Assembly (NCBI GenBank): GCA_003427395.1
Contig: BFEA01000007.1
Location: 2,264,850 to 2,328,849, forward strand
Length of the DNA: 64,000 nt
From: Chara braunii
Taxonomy: Eukaryota > Plantae > Charophyceae
Direction of reading: 5' to 3'
Positions 12,359 through 24,078 of the stretch are shown here, piece after piece (position 1 is the first letter of the stretch; each line of letters starts with the position of its first letter). The position numbers and the translations under genes are program-made. The notes beneath the pieces were generated by a model. That model searched no databases. It worked only from the letters and a program-made list of their open reading frames with translations, and had not been told where the DNA came from.

Positions 12359-13288
12359 TGAAACGGTATTCACCTGTTCGCAATAGCGGATGCAAGTCCC
12401 AAGGCTCGATCCCTAGACCATCACCTTACCTGTGTACAGTATCTGTGTCTACCCCAAGAGTTGAACCCACGACCTGTGCCTTTCCCCACAGTGGTAGGTT
12501 GTCGTAGGTCTATAGGGTATAGGGGTTCCATCTGTAGACCTGTTGGATAGGAGTCGTAGCAAGTTCTAGAAGTCGTAGCTATAGCTCCTCCAAAGGGTCA
12601 AGGTCGTAGCTGCTACAGTCCTGAAGGGTCAAGGTCGTAGCTGCTACAGTATCCGAAAGGCCAGGACTGAAACTTCCGGAAGATCCTGGTACTGGCCTTT
12701 CGAGACTGCTCACGTTAAGGCTGAGGCAAGTGGGCAAGTGGTGGAGTTCACCCGTGGTGAGTCAGCAGTCCCAGTCCCAATCAGTCCTAGTCCAGTCAAG
12801 CAAGTACCGCATGGGACTATGTGCACCACGGGCATGGGAAAGGGGCAGACCAACGAGATACAAAAGTACAAATCAAGAGGCAGCGCCCAACCATTCATTC
12901 ATTCCTGCGTAAGCCATGCGGAAGCGCTGCCACAGGGACTTGTGCGAGGTGGTCTGCAGTGAGCCCGAAGACGAAGTGGGCGAGAAGGAGCTTAGCCATA
13001 ACGATAGGGATAGCAGCGCCCATAGCCGCCATAGCTATTAGAAGGGTGTAGCATGTGTGTGTGCGCGTGTGTACAGTGGGATGCGTGTGGGATATCCGGG
13101 ATGATCCTGTGCGTGTGAACAGAGAGTTGTACAGGCGTTATGCCGCCATAGCCATTTGAAGTGAACTTGTACCTGAACTGCGTTCTTGGTTTCCATATCT
13201 CTGAGTTCTGAGTGGTCGCTTGTCGCCAGTTTGTTGCGCAACCTGTTTACATGCATGTGAAGTGTGAAAGATAGCGAGTCTGATTGCA
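12359..13288 (+). mobile_element. 5' LTR (TGAAACG...GATTGCA)
   Basis: Has the same start motif as the LTR at 22513 and the same end as 10669 and 23597, and is followed by a PBS. Confidence 0.87.
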
Positions 13289-13289
13289 T

Positions 13290-13301
13290 TGGTATCTGAG
13301 C
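13290..13301 (+). promoter_or_regulatory. Primer-binding site, initiator tRNA-Met type
   Basis: TGGTATCTGAGC, one mismatch from the canonical TGGTATCAGAGC, 1 nt after the LTR end. Confidence 0.85.
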
Positions 13302-13449
13302 TGGTACCCGCTATTCCACGCGCGGTAGTCATGTGCCGCAGGGAGAGTTGCACGCCATAGCTGAAGACGCCATCGAAGAAGAAGTCCGCCATAGCGGATC
13401 CGCAGGTTGAAGAAGCCGCCGCGCGCACCTGCAGAGAAGACAACGACGA

Positions 13450-13515
<66 letters not shown>

Positions 13516-14049
13516 GTTCACTACGTACCTGCGTTGAAGACATCGCTACAGAGAGAGAGAGAGAGACAAGATTGGTTCACTACGTACCTGCGTTGAAGAC
13601 ATCGCTACANNNNNNNNNNNNNNNNNNNNNNNNNNNNNNNNNNNNNNNNNNNNNNNNNNNNNNNNNNNNNNNNNNNNNNNNNNNNNNNNNNNNNNNNNNN
13701 NNNNNNNNNNNNNNNNNNNNNNNNNNNNNNNNNNNNNNNNNNNNNNNNNNNNNNNNNNNNNNNNNNNNNNNNNNNNNNNNNNNNNNNNNNNNNNNNNNNN
13801 NNNNNNNNNNNNNNNNNNNNNNNNNNNNNNNNNNNNNNNNNNNNNNNNNNNNNNNNNNNNNNNNNNNNNNNNNNNNNNNNNNNNNNNNNNNNNNNNNNNN
13901 NNNNNNNNNNNNNNNNNNNNNNNNNNNNNNNNNNNNNNNNNNNNNNNNNNNNNNNNNNNNNNNNNNNNNNNNNNNNNNNNNNNNNNNNNNNNNNNNNNNN
14001 NNNNNNNNNNNGAGGCAACGAGCAGGAAGTCGGCCGCCATAGCCGAACC

Positions 14050-14172
14050 GGAGTTGATCGGGGGTCGACCAGGCATTGACCGGACGTTGATCGGGCGTTG
14101 ACCAAAGTTGACCGGGGGTTGACTGCAGCGTTGACCAAAGCATTGACAAAGGCGTTGACCACGATTTGACCA
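14050..14172. repeat. About 12-bp period TTGAC(C/T) motif array in the retroelement leader
   Basis: About 10 units, seven of them perfect TTGACY. Confidence 0.75.
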
Positions 14173-14829
14173 AGCTGCAACCGGTATAATCTTGCCAAGC
14201 CTTCAGCATATCCCCTCGCCCTATGGATGTGCACACACCCTGTGGTGCTTGCTGTCAAGTCTGTCTGTCTCTTCTTTCTGCATCGAGTCTCTTTTGTCCA
14301 GGTGATAGGACTCTGTGGATGAAGGATAGGGCCTTGTTGACCAAACCCACACGGGCTGAGTAGGGCTAAAGACAGTGTCTGACGACTCGACTGTCCTGGA
14401 GGACACGAACCCTCCCAAGGACCGGTACTGACCGGCGAGCTGCTCGATGTGGCACGGTAGGCCCAAAATCCAAGCTGTGGGCTGCACAACAGGCCGTCTA
14501 AGTCTTGAGAGGACCTGCTGATCACGTCATCCTGTCTGTGACGTTAAAGAATTCCTGAGGAGTTACTGAGGATCTCCTTAAATGCCTCCTGATCAGCAGC
14601 AGGTCCTGTAGTGACAGCCATAGATTAGGTCCAGGCTAGTGACCCTAGTTGACAGGATCCTGTTCGGATTTTGTAGTCCTTAGATCGAGTCAATAGGTCT
14701 TGTCCGTCAGAGGGGTAGAGTCTAAGTGGTGAGAAGTGGAACCGTTGCCCGGTTGTGCACCTGACACCATGGTTGACACACGTGGTGGGAAGAGTACTAC
14801 CCCTTACACGCAGGCTCAGTAGGAGCAAT

Positions 14830-17340
14830 TCGCCACCATCCTGAGAGAGAGAGAGAGAAGAAGGAGAAGGAGCTCCTCAAACAGGTGAACCTGAAGGCGC
14901 TAGCTAAGGAGCAGGCGGAGAAGAAGAAAACGTTGGAGGAGGAGATGTTAAGACTACAGCAGGAGGAGGAAGAGAAAAGAAGGACTGCCGAAGAAGAAGC
15001 AGCAGCAGAGGAGGAGGAAGAACCCCTCGAAAGGAGGTGTGGGTGAGAGAGAGGAGAAACTAGTGGCACGAAGGCAGAGGACAAGTGGATGGAAAAGAAG
15101 ATCAGTGAGTGGGTGGCTAACTTATCGCTGGGAGAAGATGAGGAAATGTTGTACGTGACTCAGGAGGAGAAAGAAGCATTCACCAGGGAGCTGGAAGCTA
15201 AGGAGGATCCCCTGGAACGCCATACGATGGAAGACAAGAAGAGATTGGAGTGGAAGCTGCGCCTGGCAAGGGAAAAAAAGAGGAGGAGGGAGGAGGCCAA
15301 CCGGATGCCCAAAGAAGTGGAGAAGATTCACGCGTGCAAGCGCAAGAAGAAACTCCTGCCAAATTAGACAAGATTCTGGGCTATCTTGAGATTCAAAGTC
15401 AGGCCTGGTTTGAGGAAAATCAGGCCAATAAGGGTCAGGAAGTGACCCTCCATTCCATCCGGACCGGCTTAAGAGAGTTTGCACGCGACGTGGTGACCCA
15501 CGTCGGGACCGAGGTCAAGAGATTGAAGGAAGGTGCAGAGAAGTTCTGCGCAGGCGCCATTGAAGGCGCCAAAGTAGTGGCCGAAGTTGAAGTGCGTCCC
15601 CACAAAGAGTCTGTCAAGCTCAAACTCCCTGTCTCATATAGCGGGAAAAAGGACGATAATTTTGATAACTGGGAGGCCAGCATTAACACATATGTCTATT
15701 TACAACATATCGCATCAAAGGAACAAGTCCCCGTGGCCTTCCATGCATTAAAGGAACACGCGGCCAGCTTTGCCAGGTCCCTTGCACGCAGCTGATTGTG
15801 AAAACAATATGGTGGCATACTCTAGGCTCACCCCTCTTTCTACTTTCCTTAAACTCCTGCGAGAGAGGTTCGCTAACGTGACAAGGGGTGCCAGGGCCTC
15901 TAACAAGCTTCAGACCATCCCACTCACGACAGTGGAGGAGTGCGCGAGCACTCAAAGCTGTCATGGACGACTTGGTAGCCGTCCCAGAGCACGGGGTCAT
16001 TGAGACCCAGTTGGTCCAATTATTTTATCGTGCCATGCCAGAGCCCCTGCGAGGGCATTTCTTTGATAAGACCCAATAGGCCAACATCACGTATGATGCG
16101 TTAAGTATGGAAAGTCTTGTTTGAGGCGAAGTCCATGTCAGTCTCCACTTTCTAGCATAAGGACTTAGATAAGGGAAAGAAGTGGAAAGGTCGTACCATC
16201 TCAAGCTAGGTCGGGGCCAAGGATCATCTGATCCTTACTTTAGATGAAGGTAGTACTTTAGACACAAGCGGTTAATGGAAGGCGAAAATTTCAGGGTTTT
16301 TCGCTGCATTGCTACAAGCAATGTTGTCGAAACGTTTGCGAACAAACTATGCAGGGTCATAATACAAACATCAAAAAAACAAACAGGCAAAAAAAAACAA
16401 AAAAAAAAAACTCAAGAGCGCTATAAATCCCTATTCCGAGTAGCTTTCATAGTTCGCCAAATCGTTTTTCGAGTCCGACATTTTTGCTAAGTTTTTTGTT
16501 ACAGGTCCAAATACGGTGAAATTGAATACAGATATACCATAAAGCACATACATATCAGCCAAAAAAAAAAAACCTGAAAAAAGTAAGAATTCAGGGAAAT
16601 ATGGCAGTTTCGGTTAAAAATTCGCTAAAATTCGCCGAATTTTTGGTCTTCCATTAACCGCCTCTCACTTTAGATGAAGGTGTTACTGACGAAGTCCCCT
16701 ACAGTCAGATAGAGTGTGGGTTAGAGGAGGAGGACAGTAGTGTAGGTCAGGGGAGGACGTACGCTGCTGTCGCAGTTGGAGGGAGGCCGCAAGGTAGAGG
16801 AGGCCAGGACCAAGGGGGCCGGGCCATAGGTGGTCGACGTCCGGGTGCACAAGGGGTTGGCAGTCAAAGGAACCGCCAAGTGGGAGGTAGGGGTCAAGGT
16901 CCCCCGCCGAATCGCTCAGGACCCAGTCGGTCGCCGCAATGCAGAGGTGGAAGGTCACCTCAAAGGCAAGGAGGTTGGCACCCAGGTTGGCCACAGGGCC
17001 GGCCTTGGGAAGATTTGGGCTTGGACCAGCGTGTATGGCAACAGCGCATGGAGCAGGGGCAGTGCATCTATTGCGGTGACCCTGCCCATATTATTAAATA
17101 TTGTCCAAAGTACAGGGGAGCCCGATTCGCTGCCCAGGGGTCAAAAGGCAGCCGCTAGTAGGGGTCGCAACTGCCCCCACTACAAGGCCATGTGGGGAAG
17201 TGTCCGCGCACCACCAGGAAACTCCCACACCACATGAGCCTTCGGCAGAGGTTGCAAGCCAGTGCCTAGCTAGTTGTCCAGAGACTGCTTGTGTTAGCGT
17301 CTCTCTAGGCACTTCCCTCACAGGCGTGGCAGAAGAGCTA
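14830..17340 (+). mobile_element. Decayed Ty3/Gypsy gag, copy 1
   Basis: Coiled-coil region, VKLKLPVSYSGKKDDNFDNWE capsid motif and zinc knuckle CIYCGDPAHIIKYC; several stops and frameshifts. Confidence 0.85.
16263..16666. mobile_element. Non-autonomous DNA transposon (404 bp) with 8-bp TSD, inserted in gag
   Basis: TSD ACTTTAGA at 16255-16262 and 16667-16674; TIR CACAAGCGGTTAATGGAAG / CTTCCATTAACCGCCTCTC. Confidence 0.88.
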
Positions 17341-19060
17341 GAAGATGGTTATAGAGTGGGTCGCCAACTTAGCCCTGGGAAGAGCACGAAGCTATGTTGT
17401 TTGTCCCTCGGGCAGAAAGAGAAATGGTCGAACAAGAATTGGAAAGGGAGGAGAATCCCTTGCACCAACAGGCCAGAGAAGATGAGAAGAAGCTGGAGTG
17501 GAAGTTGCGCCTCGCGAGGGAAAGAACGAGGAGAGAGTTGGAAGGCTGCTAAGGAGCAACAGGTGCAACTGGGAGTAGGTATATCTTAATAGGAAAATAG
17601 AACTCCTATACCATAACATGGATGTTATGTTGAAAGCCCAGCAAGAGCACTTGCATTATCGTCGGGGCCATAATATCGCCCTACAGTCCATGCGCGTAGG
17701 CTTCAAGGATTTTGCGCGCAATTTGATGCTTCACGTTGCAAGCGAAATGCGTGTCGCCCTGGAAAGCACAAAAAAGTTCAGCACGTGTGTCATAGAGGGC
17801 CCTAAGATAGCAGCTCCCAAGGAAGAGGACGCACGACCTCATCGTGAGCGCGTCAAGGTTAGATTCCCTCAACCCTACGGTGGGAAGAAGGGAGCGGACT
17901 TTGATAATTGGAAGCCAATATCAAGTCCTACTTACACTTACACGACATCGCGCCAGAGGTCCACGTCCTCGTAGCCTTCCCAACACTGAACGAAGAAGCG
18001 GCCAGTTTTGCTAGGTCGTTTGCACACGCGGCTAAGTGTGAAAACGATATGGTCACCGACTCCTCCAATACCAACCTCAGTGAATTTATGTCTGCTCTCC
18101 GCGAACATTTTGCAGACGTCACTAGAGGTATGAGGGCGTCTGACAAACTGCAAACGATCCACACGCAACAGTGGAGTGCATGAGCACTCAAAGCTGCCAT
18201 GGATGAGCTTGTCGTTGTCCCTGGACATGGGGTCACTCAAACCCAACTTGCCCAATTGTTCTACCTCGCCATGCCCGAGAATTTGCACGGGCACTTCTTC
18301 ACCAAAAAGCAGCAGCCTGACATGACCTATGACATGTTAAGTCGAGAGGTTGTTGCTTTTGAGGCCCAATCTGCACCAGTAACCACTTTCTAGCACAAGG
18401 ACCTTGCCAAGGGCAAAAAGTGGAAGGGCAGACAATCTCAGGCCAAATCAAGGCCAAGGATAGCCTTATCCTTACCATGGAGGAGGGTGGTCTGGAAGAG
18501 GTCCCTTACAGTGAGATAGAGTGGGGCCTGGACGAGTCAAACAATAGTGTAGGCCAGGCTGTTGATGCGGCCGGAGTTAGTTCGCAAGGGAGAGGAAGGG
18601 GCCAAGGCCAAGTCGGCCAGGCCTCTGGTGGTCGAGGGCAGGACGGCCAAGGGGTTGGCGGCACAGGAAACCGCCAAGTGGGAGGCAAGGGTCAAGGTCC
18701 CCCGTCTAACCGCCCTCGTTCAAATCGATCACTTCCCAAAGGGGGTGGTTGGCACCCTGGTCGGCCTGCGGGCCGGCCTCGGGAAACGTTGGGCGTTGAG
18801 CAGACAGAATGGCAGAAAAAGGATAGATGGGTTACAATGCATCTTTTGCGGTGACCCTGGGCATATCATCAAACTTTGCCCAAAGTACAGGGGTGCCCAG
18901 CGAGCCGTTGCTGAGGCAGCAAAAGGCAATCACCGATAGGGGTAGCAATTGCCCTTACCTCTAGACCACGTGGAGATGAGTGCGCGCGCCAAGTCGAAAC
19001 TCCCACTCGATGTGTGCCTACGCAGAGGTTGCTGGCCAGCCTCTAGTTAGTTGTCCAGAG
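17340..19060 (+). mobile_element. Decayed Ty3/Gypsy gag, copy 2
   Basis: VKVRFPQPYGGKKGADFDNW and CIFCGDPGHIIKLC; colinear paralogue of copy 1. Confidence 0.85.
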
Positions 19061-19067
19061 ACTGCTT

Positions 19068-22000
19068 GTGTTAGTGTCTCTAGGCGCTTCCCTCACAGGC
19101 CTGGCAGAAGAGTTGAAGGAAAGAATGCCAGTCTGGGCCAAGATGAAGAGAGAAGGTAAAGGACAACTCTTGATAGCAGATGTAGAGATTTTCATAGGTA
19201 GAGTGATGGCCCTTATAGACAGCGGGGCTACCCGTAGCTATATTACCAGTAAAGCGTTGAAGTAGCTAAAGCTTAGCTTGAAAGTCCACAAGCTAGAAGA
19301 ACCCGTAGTCAGCATCCTCGTTGATAATCGCACTATGCGCATCGAGGATTACATCGAGGGAGTCCAGGCATATTTTCGCCCAGAGGCAGATGGGAAGGTA
19401 GAGAGAGTTCTCCATTCCCCGACTCTCCTCGTGGAAGATGATCTCCCATTTGACATGGTGTTAGGAATGGATTGGGGAGAGGCAGGAGCCACGCTGCACT
19501 TGCGAGAGCATGAGTGTAGGCTACCCAGACCGTCAGGTGGTATCAACAAAGCCCGCCTGTTTCATTTGTCAGGAGTAGATAACTCCTTAGCACATTGTTG
19601 TCTCACTGGTCTTTCGTTTGCATGATTAGTTCAGGAGCAACTAGAAGATCAGGTCCTTGTAGCTTATGTTAGGCATGTTACTGAGCCTAAGAAAGTGGAA
19701 ACACTCGACCCCACTATTGCCAAGCCGCTAGAAGAGTACGCAGGCTCCTTCAAGAGTAGTTTTGTGTCCCATCCAGCATTGCATCGAGATAGAGCCCGAC
19801 AGTAAAACTCCAAAAGAGGCAGTTTATAGAATGTCTCCTAAAGGATTTGTGTAAGCAGTTAGAAGAACTCATCGAGAAGGGTTGGTTTAGGCCCACTTCG
19901 TCTCCATTTGGAGCACATGTTCTCTTTGTGAGAGTTGAGAATGTGCATTGACTACAGGGGTCTCAACTTCGTTAAGTCAAGAGTCCCATCAGATTGAGGT
20001 CCACCCTGTACAAAACGGCGTTCAAAACTAAATATGGGCATTACGAGTTTATAGCAATGCCCTTTGGACAAACTAATGCGTCAACCCCTTTTCAATGTTG
20101 TATAAACATATTGTTTAGGTCGTGGCTATATAGAGTTGTAGTAATATATTTAGATGATATTTTGATCTTTAGGAAGACCCTCCAGGAGCATGACGCTCAT
20201 TCAATGCAGATCTTGGAAAATTCTGAGAGGCAAATTTCAAAATCAACGCGAAGAGTGCAAGTGGGCCAAGACCAAAATCCTGTACTTGGGCCACGTCTTA
20301 GATGGTGATGGCATTATACCCTGAGGACAGCAAGATTGCAGCGATTAGGGACTGGCCAACTCCTCGTACACTCACAGAGTTAAGATCGTTCCTAAGACTG
20401 ACCAACTATTACAGAAAATTCGTTAGAAAGTTCTCTGTTGTCGCTGCTCCCCTTTGTGGACTGCTAAAGAAAGAAGCAATCTGGATGTGGGGCCAGGACT
20501 GTACCTCGTCCCTGAGGAAATTTAAACGGGCCTTTGTAGAGTATCCAACCCTCAAGGTAGCTGATCCATCTTTACCTTTCGTCGTCACTACAGACGCAAG
20601 TCGTTATGGCATTGGTGTTGTTCTACAGCAAGATGATTACAATGGGTACAGACTCGTAGAGATCATGTCTGCTAGGTTGCCTTCAGAAAAGGTAGCAGCC
20701 TCCATTTACAAGAGGGAACTCTACGCTCTCAGGCAAGCATTAGATCACTGGAGACACTACTTGCTTGGGAGGCACTTCAAAGTCTATTCAGACCACGAGA
20801 CACTCAGGTGGCTGAAGACGCAAGCCAAGATGACACCTAAGCTTACTAGGTGGGCTGCAGAAACAGATCAGTTCGACTTCGAGCTCAAACCCGTTTAAGG
20901 GAAGTACAACGTGGTTGCAGATGCTCTCGGTAAAAGGGTTGATTACTTTGGAGCAATCGTCCACTATCTAGAGTTAGGATCCGATTTGCAGCAAAAGGTA
21001 AGCAATTTGTATGCTCACGACCCTATCTACAGTGACCTCCTCAAGAAAGTAAGGAAGGCCACAAAGAGTGAACCTAACTACTGCACCACAAACGGGTTAC
21101 TGTTTGAGAAGACAAGTGTCGTAAACAGGCTATGCATTCCCAATACTAAAGAGAGCCGAAGTCTAATCCGAGGGGAATGTCATGATATAGAAGGGCACTT
21201 TGGCTGGCAAAAGACATTAGCCAACTTAACACGTGCCTACACGTGGTCTGGCATGAAAGTCGGTTGTATAGAGTACGTACGCAGTTGCAAAGTATGTCAG
21301 CGCAACAAAACTACGACGTGAACCCCATTGGGTCTTTTCAGACCCTTGCCTATCCCTTCAGGACCCGGAGAGTCTGTGACCATTGACTTTATGGATGTTG
21401 GGGTCAGTAGTAGGCATGGCAAGAGCCAAGTCATGGTTATAGTAGATCGTTTTAGCAAGTACGCATTTTTTTACCGCTTGCCTTATGAGGCACGTACGGA
21501 GTTAGTCATAGAAAAATCTTTTGATTCTTGGGTAAGCGAGCATGGTATTCCGCTATCCATAGGTAGTGATAGAGATACGCGGTTTACTAGTCACCACTGG
21601 CAGAAGCTCATACGAGTTTATGGCTCGAAGGCGTTGATGTCATTCGATCGTCTTCCAAAGACTAACGGCCAAACTGAACAGATGAATAAGATCTTGCAAC
21701 AGATACTTAAGATGTATTTTAGACCAGATCAGATTTAACTGGGATGAGATGCTCCCTAAGGTAGTTAGCCCCTACAACAATAGTGTCCATCTAGCTACAT
21801 GTCGAACTCCTAACGAGTTGCACAAGTCCTTTAGACCACGCAGGCCGTTTGAAGGACTGAATCGTGACCAGATACAAAGACTGCCACCCGAAACTAGACA
21901 ATTTGCCCTACAGCATGAGAAGGAAATCGCAAAAGTGACCGACAATCCAAGAAAGGCTCAACACCAAATGATAAACCAAGCTAACAACATCGTCGGGCAT

Positions 22001-22475
22001 GGCAGTTCCAGATTGGTGATTTAGTCTAGGGTCAAGTCCAAGGAGTTCACCCCATGAGAGAACATCTCACAAAAATTGTTGTCCGTGTATAGGAGACCGT
22101 GGCCTATCCTAGAAGTGAAAGGTGGAGAGAACAGACCTTCCTACGCAGTAGAGATTCCGCCACACCTCCACACATATCCAATCTTCCATGTGTCTAAGTT
22201 GTTACCTCGTGTCACCAGTCATCAATTTTCGTCACGTCGATCAGTGATTCCGTCGGATATGGATGGCACATATGATATAGATCGCATTGTGGAAGAGGAT
22301 GCGTTTAGAACCAAAGGTAGAGGTCGTCCACAAAAGCAATATCAAGTCAAGTTCGCTTATCAAGAACCAGAGGACGACCGATGGTTCACAAGAACCGAAC
22401 TTTAAGAAACCGCTCCCGACATAGTTCATGCCTATGACAGAGAAAGGAAAGGTAATGGTCCTATCTTGCATTAAA
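19068..22475 (+). mobile_element. Decayed Ty3/Gypsy pol: protease, RT, RNase H, integrase, chromodomain
   Basis: ALIDSGAT protease; KTAFKTKYGHYEF..MPFG and VIYLDDIL RT; VTTDAS RNase H; HHCC zinc finger; TIDF, SDRD and TNGQTE integrase core. The domain order is Gypsy, and RT has internal deletions. Confidence 0.95.
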
Positions 22476-22512
22476 GTATTCTCGGAGGACCTCAAATTTA
22501 GGACACCGGGAG

Positions 22513-23597
22513 TGAAACGTTTTTCACCTATGAGGGTGACAGACGCAGTACCCAAAACTTGATCCCTAGACCTCCCCTCCACCCATGTACAATACCGTGA
22601 CCCGTGTGTTTGAACCCGCGATCTGTCCCCTGAAAGTCGTATGTTCGGTTGTTGAATATAGTGTTGTCGCGAGCTCTTGACCCGTAGACCTTAGTACAAA
22701 TAGTGAGATCCCTAGACCTCCCCTCTACCCATGTACAATATTGTGACCCGTGTGTTTGAACCCGCGATTTGTCCCCTGAAAGTCGTATGTTCGGTTGTTT
22801 TATATAGTGCGGTCACGAGGTCTTGACCCGTAGACCTTAGTACAAATAGTGAGAGGGTTGGTATAGGTTGTGGCTGCTACAGTTCTTAAAGGTCAATACT
22901 AGGACTTCCTAGAAGTTGAGGGACAGACTCTTCATAGGCTGTCGGGGTCAATCAGCGGTTGAGTCACCAAAGGGGAGTCCTAGCACAGTCAGCAAAGGGC
23001 AGTCCTAGTCCTACCTAGCCTAGTCAACCGTGCCCAGTCCCAAGGTACACTTTGTCTAGTCAGCAAGTTCCATGTGGGACTGTGCACCCCCCGCGCCCAA
23101 GGTCCAAAGGCAGACCTACGACGATCCGAAGTATAAACAAAGAGGCAGCATCAAGTCGTCCATTCATTCTCCCTGTGAGCCGTGCAAAAGCACTCTCGAA
23201 GCGTCTTGTGCTATGGAGGTCTGCAGGTGCCCGAAGAAGAAGAGGGCTAAGAGGAGGGAGATGTGGCCATAGCCGCGAGGTAGAATAGGAGATAGACGGC
23301 GGCCATAGCCATCACGTAGGATAGGATAGGGAGAGAGCATATTTGTGTGTGTGTGTGGGACATCCAGGGTGATCCTAGTGTCAACGTGTGTGTGCGAATA
23401 AGTTGTTGGAGGACACGGTTGTTCAGGTGGGAATAAGTGTCTAGCGCCCTGCGCCATAGCCATCAAGACAAGTTTGAATCTAAGTTGTTTTTCTGGCCAC
23501 GTTTCATCTCTGAGCTTTGAGTGGACGCGATGCGCCAAGTGTGAACGTCATCTGTTTGCATGCATGTTGAGTGAAGTTGAAGACAAGTCTGATTGCA
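22513..23597 (+). mobile_element. 3' LTR with an internal tandem duplication of about 146 bp
   Basis: TGAAACG...TCTGATTGCA after GGACACCGGGAG; 22561-22706 is repeated at 22707-22853. Confidence 0.85.
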
Positions 23598-24078
23598 AGT
23601 TCGAAATATTTTTCATATATTGTTTCAACTTCAAGACTTTGGGGATCGGGAGACCTACCGAACTTGCGATTTTGAATTTTTCCTTTTTTTTTTTGAAATT
23701 AATGTTATTAAAGCAAAGTTGGATCGATGTTATTAAAGCAAAGTTCGAACTTTTCAAATTTGATTAGTGGCTCCCTACCTGGGCGATCAATGTGACCCCA
23801 TGGGGGTGGGGAACTGCTAGTTCACCACTCCCTCCCCTCCCACCCACCCCCATTTGTGTTGTGTTTCCTCCTTCCTCCATGCGTTCTCTCTACTGTTGCG
23901 GCATTGTTGAGCTGCCACATCAGCACGATACCACTTCAACAGGCCACATCAACAGGCCACATCAGCAGGGACACCTTGGCAGGCCACGTTAGCATGCTAC
24001 GTCAAAAGCCACGACAGCAGGCCCATGCCACCTCAGCACCAACTAATGCTTGTTGTCCTTTGATCGGCGACCACCACA

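Noticed and set aside
13407-14525. ORFs of 176-306 aa
   Set aside because: They are inflated by an N gap of about 400 nt and by (GA)n.
12359-23597. A single intact LTR retrotransposon
   Set aside because: The LTRs are different subtypes, the flanks AAGTC and AGTTC are not a TSD, and the ORFs are disrupted.
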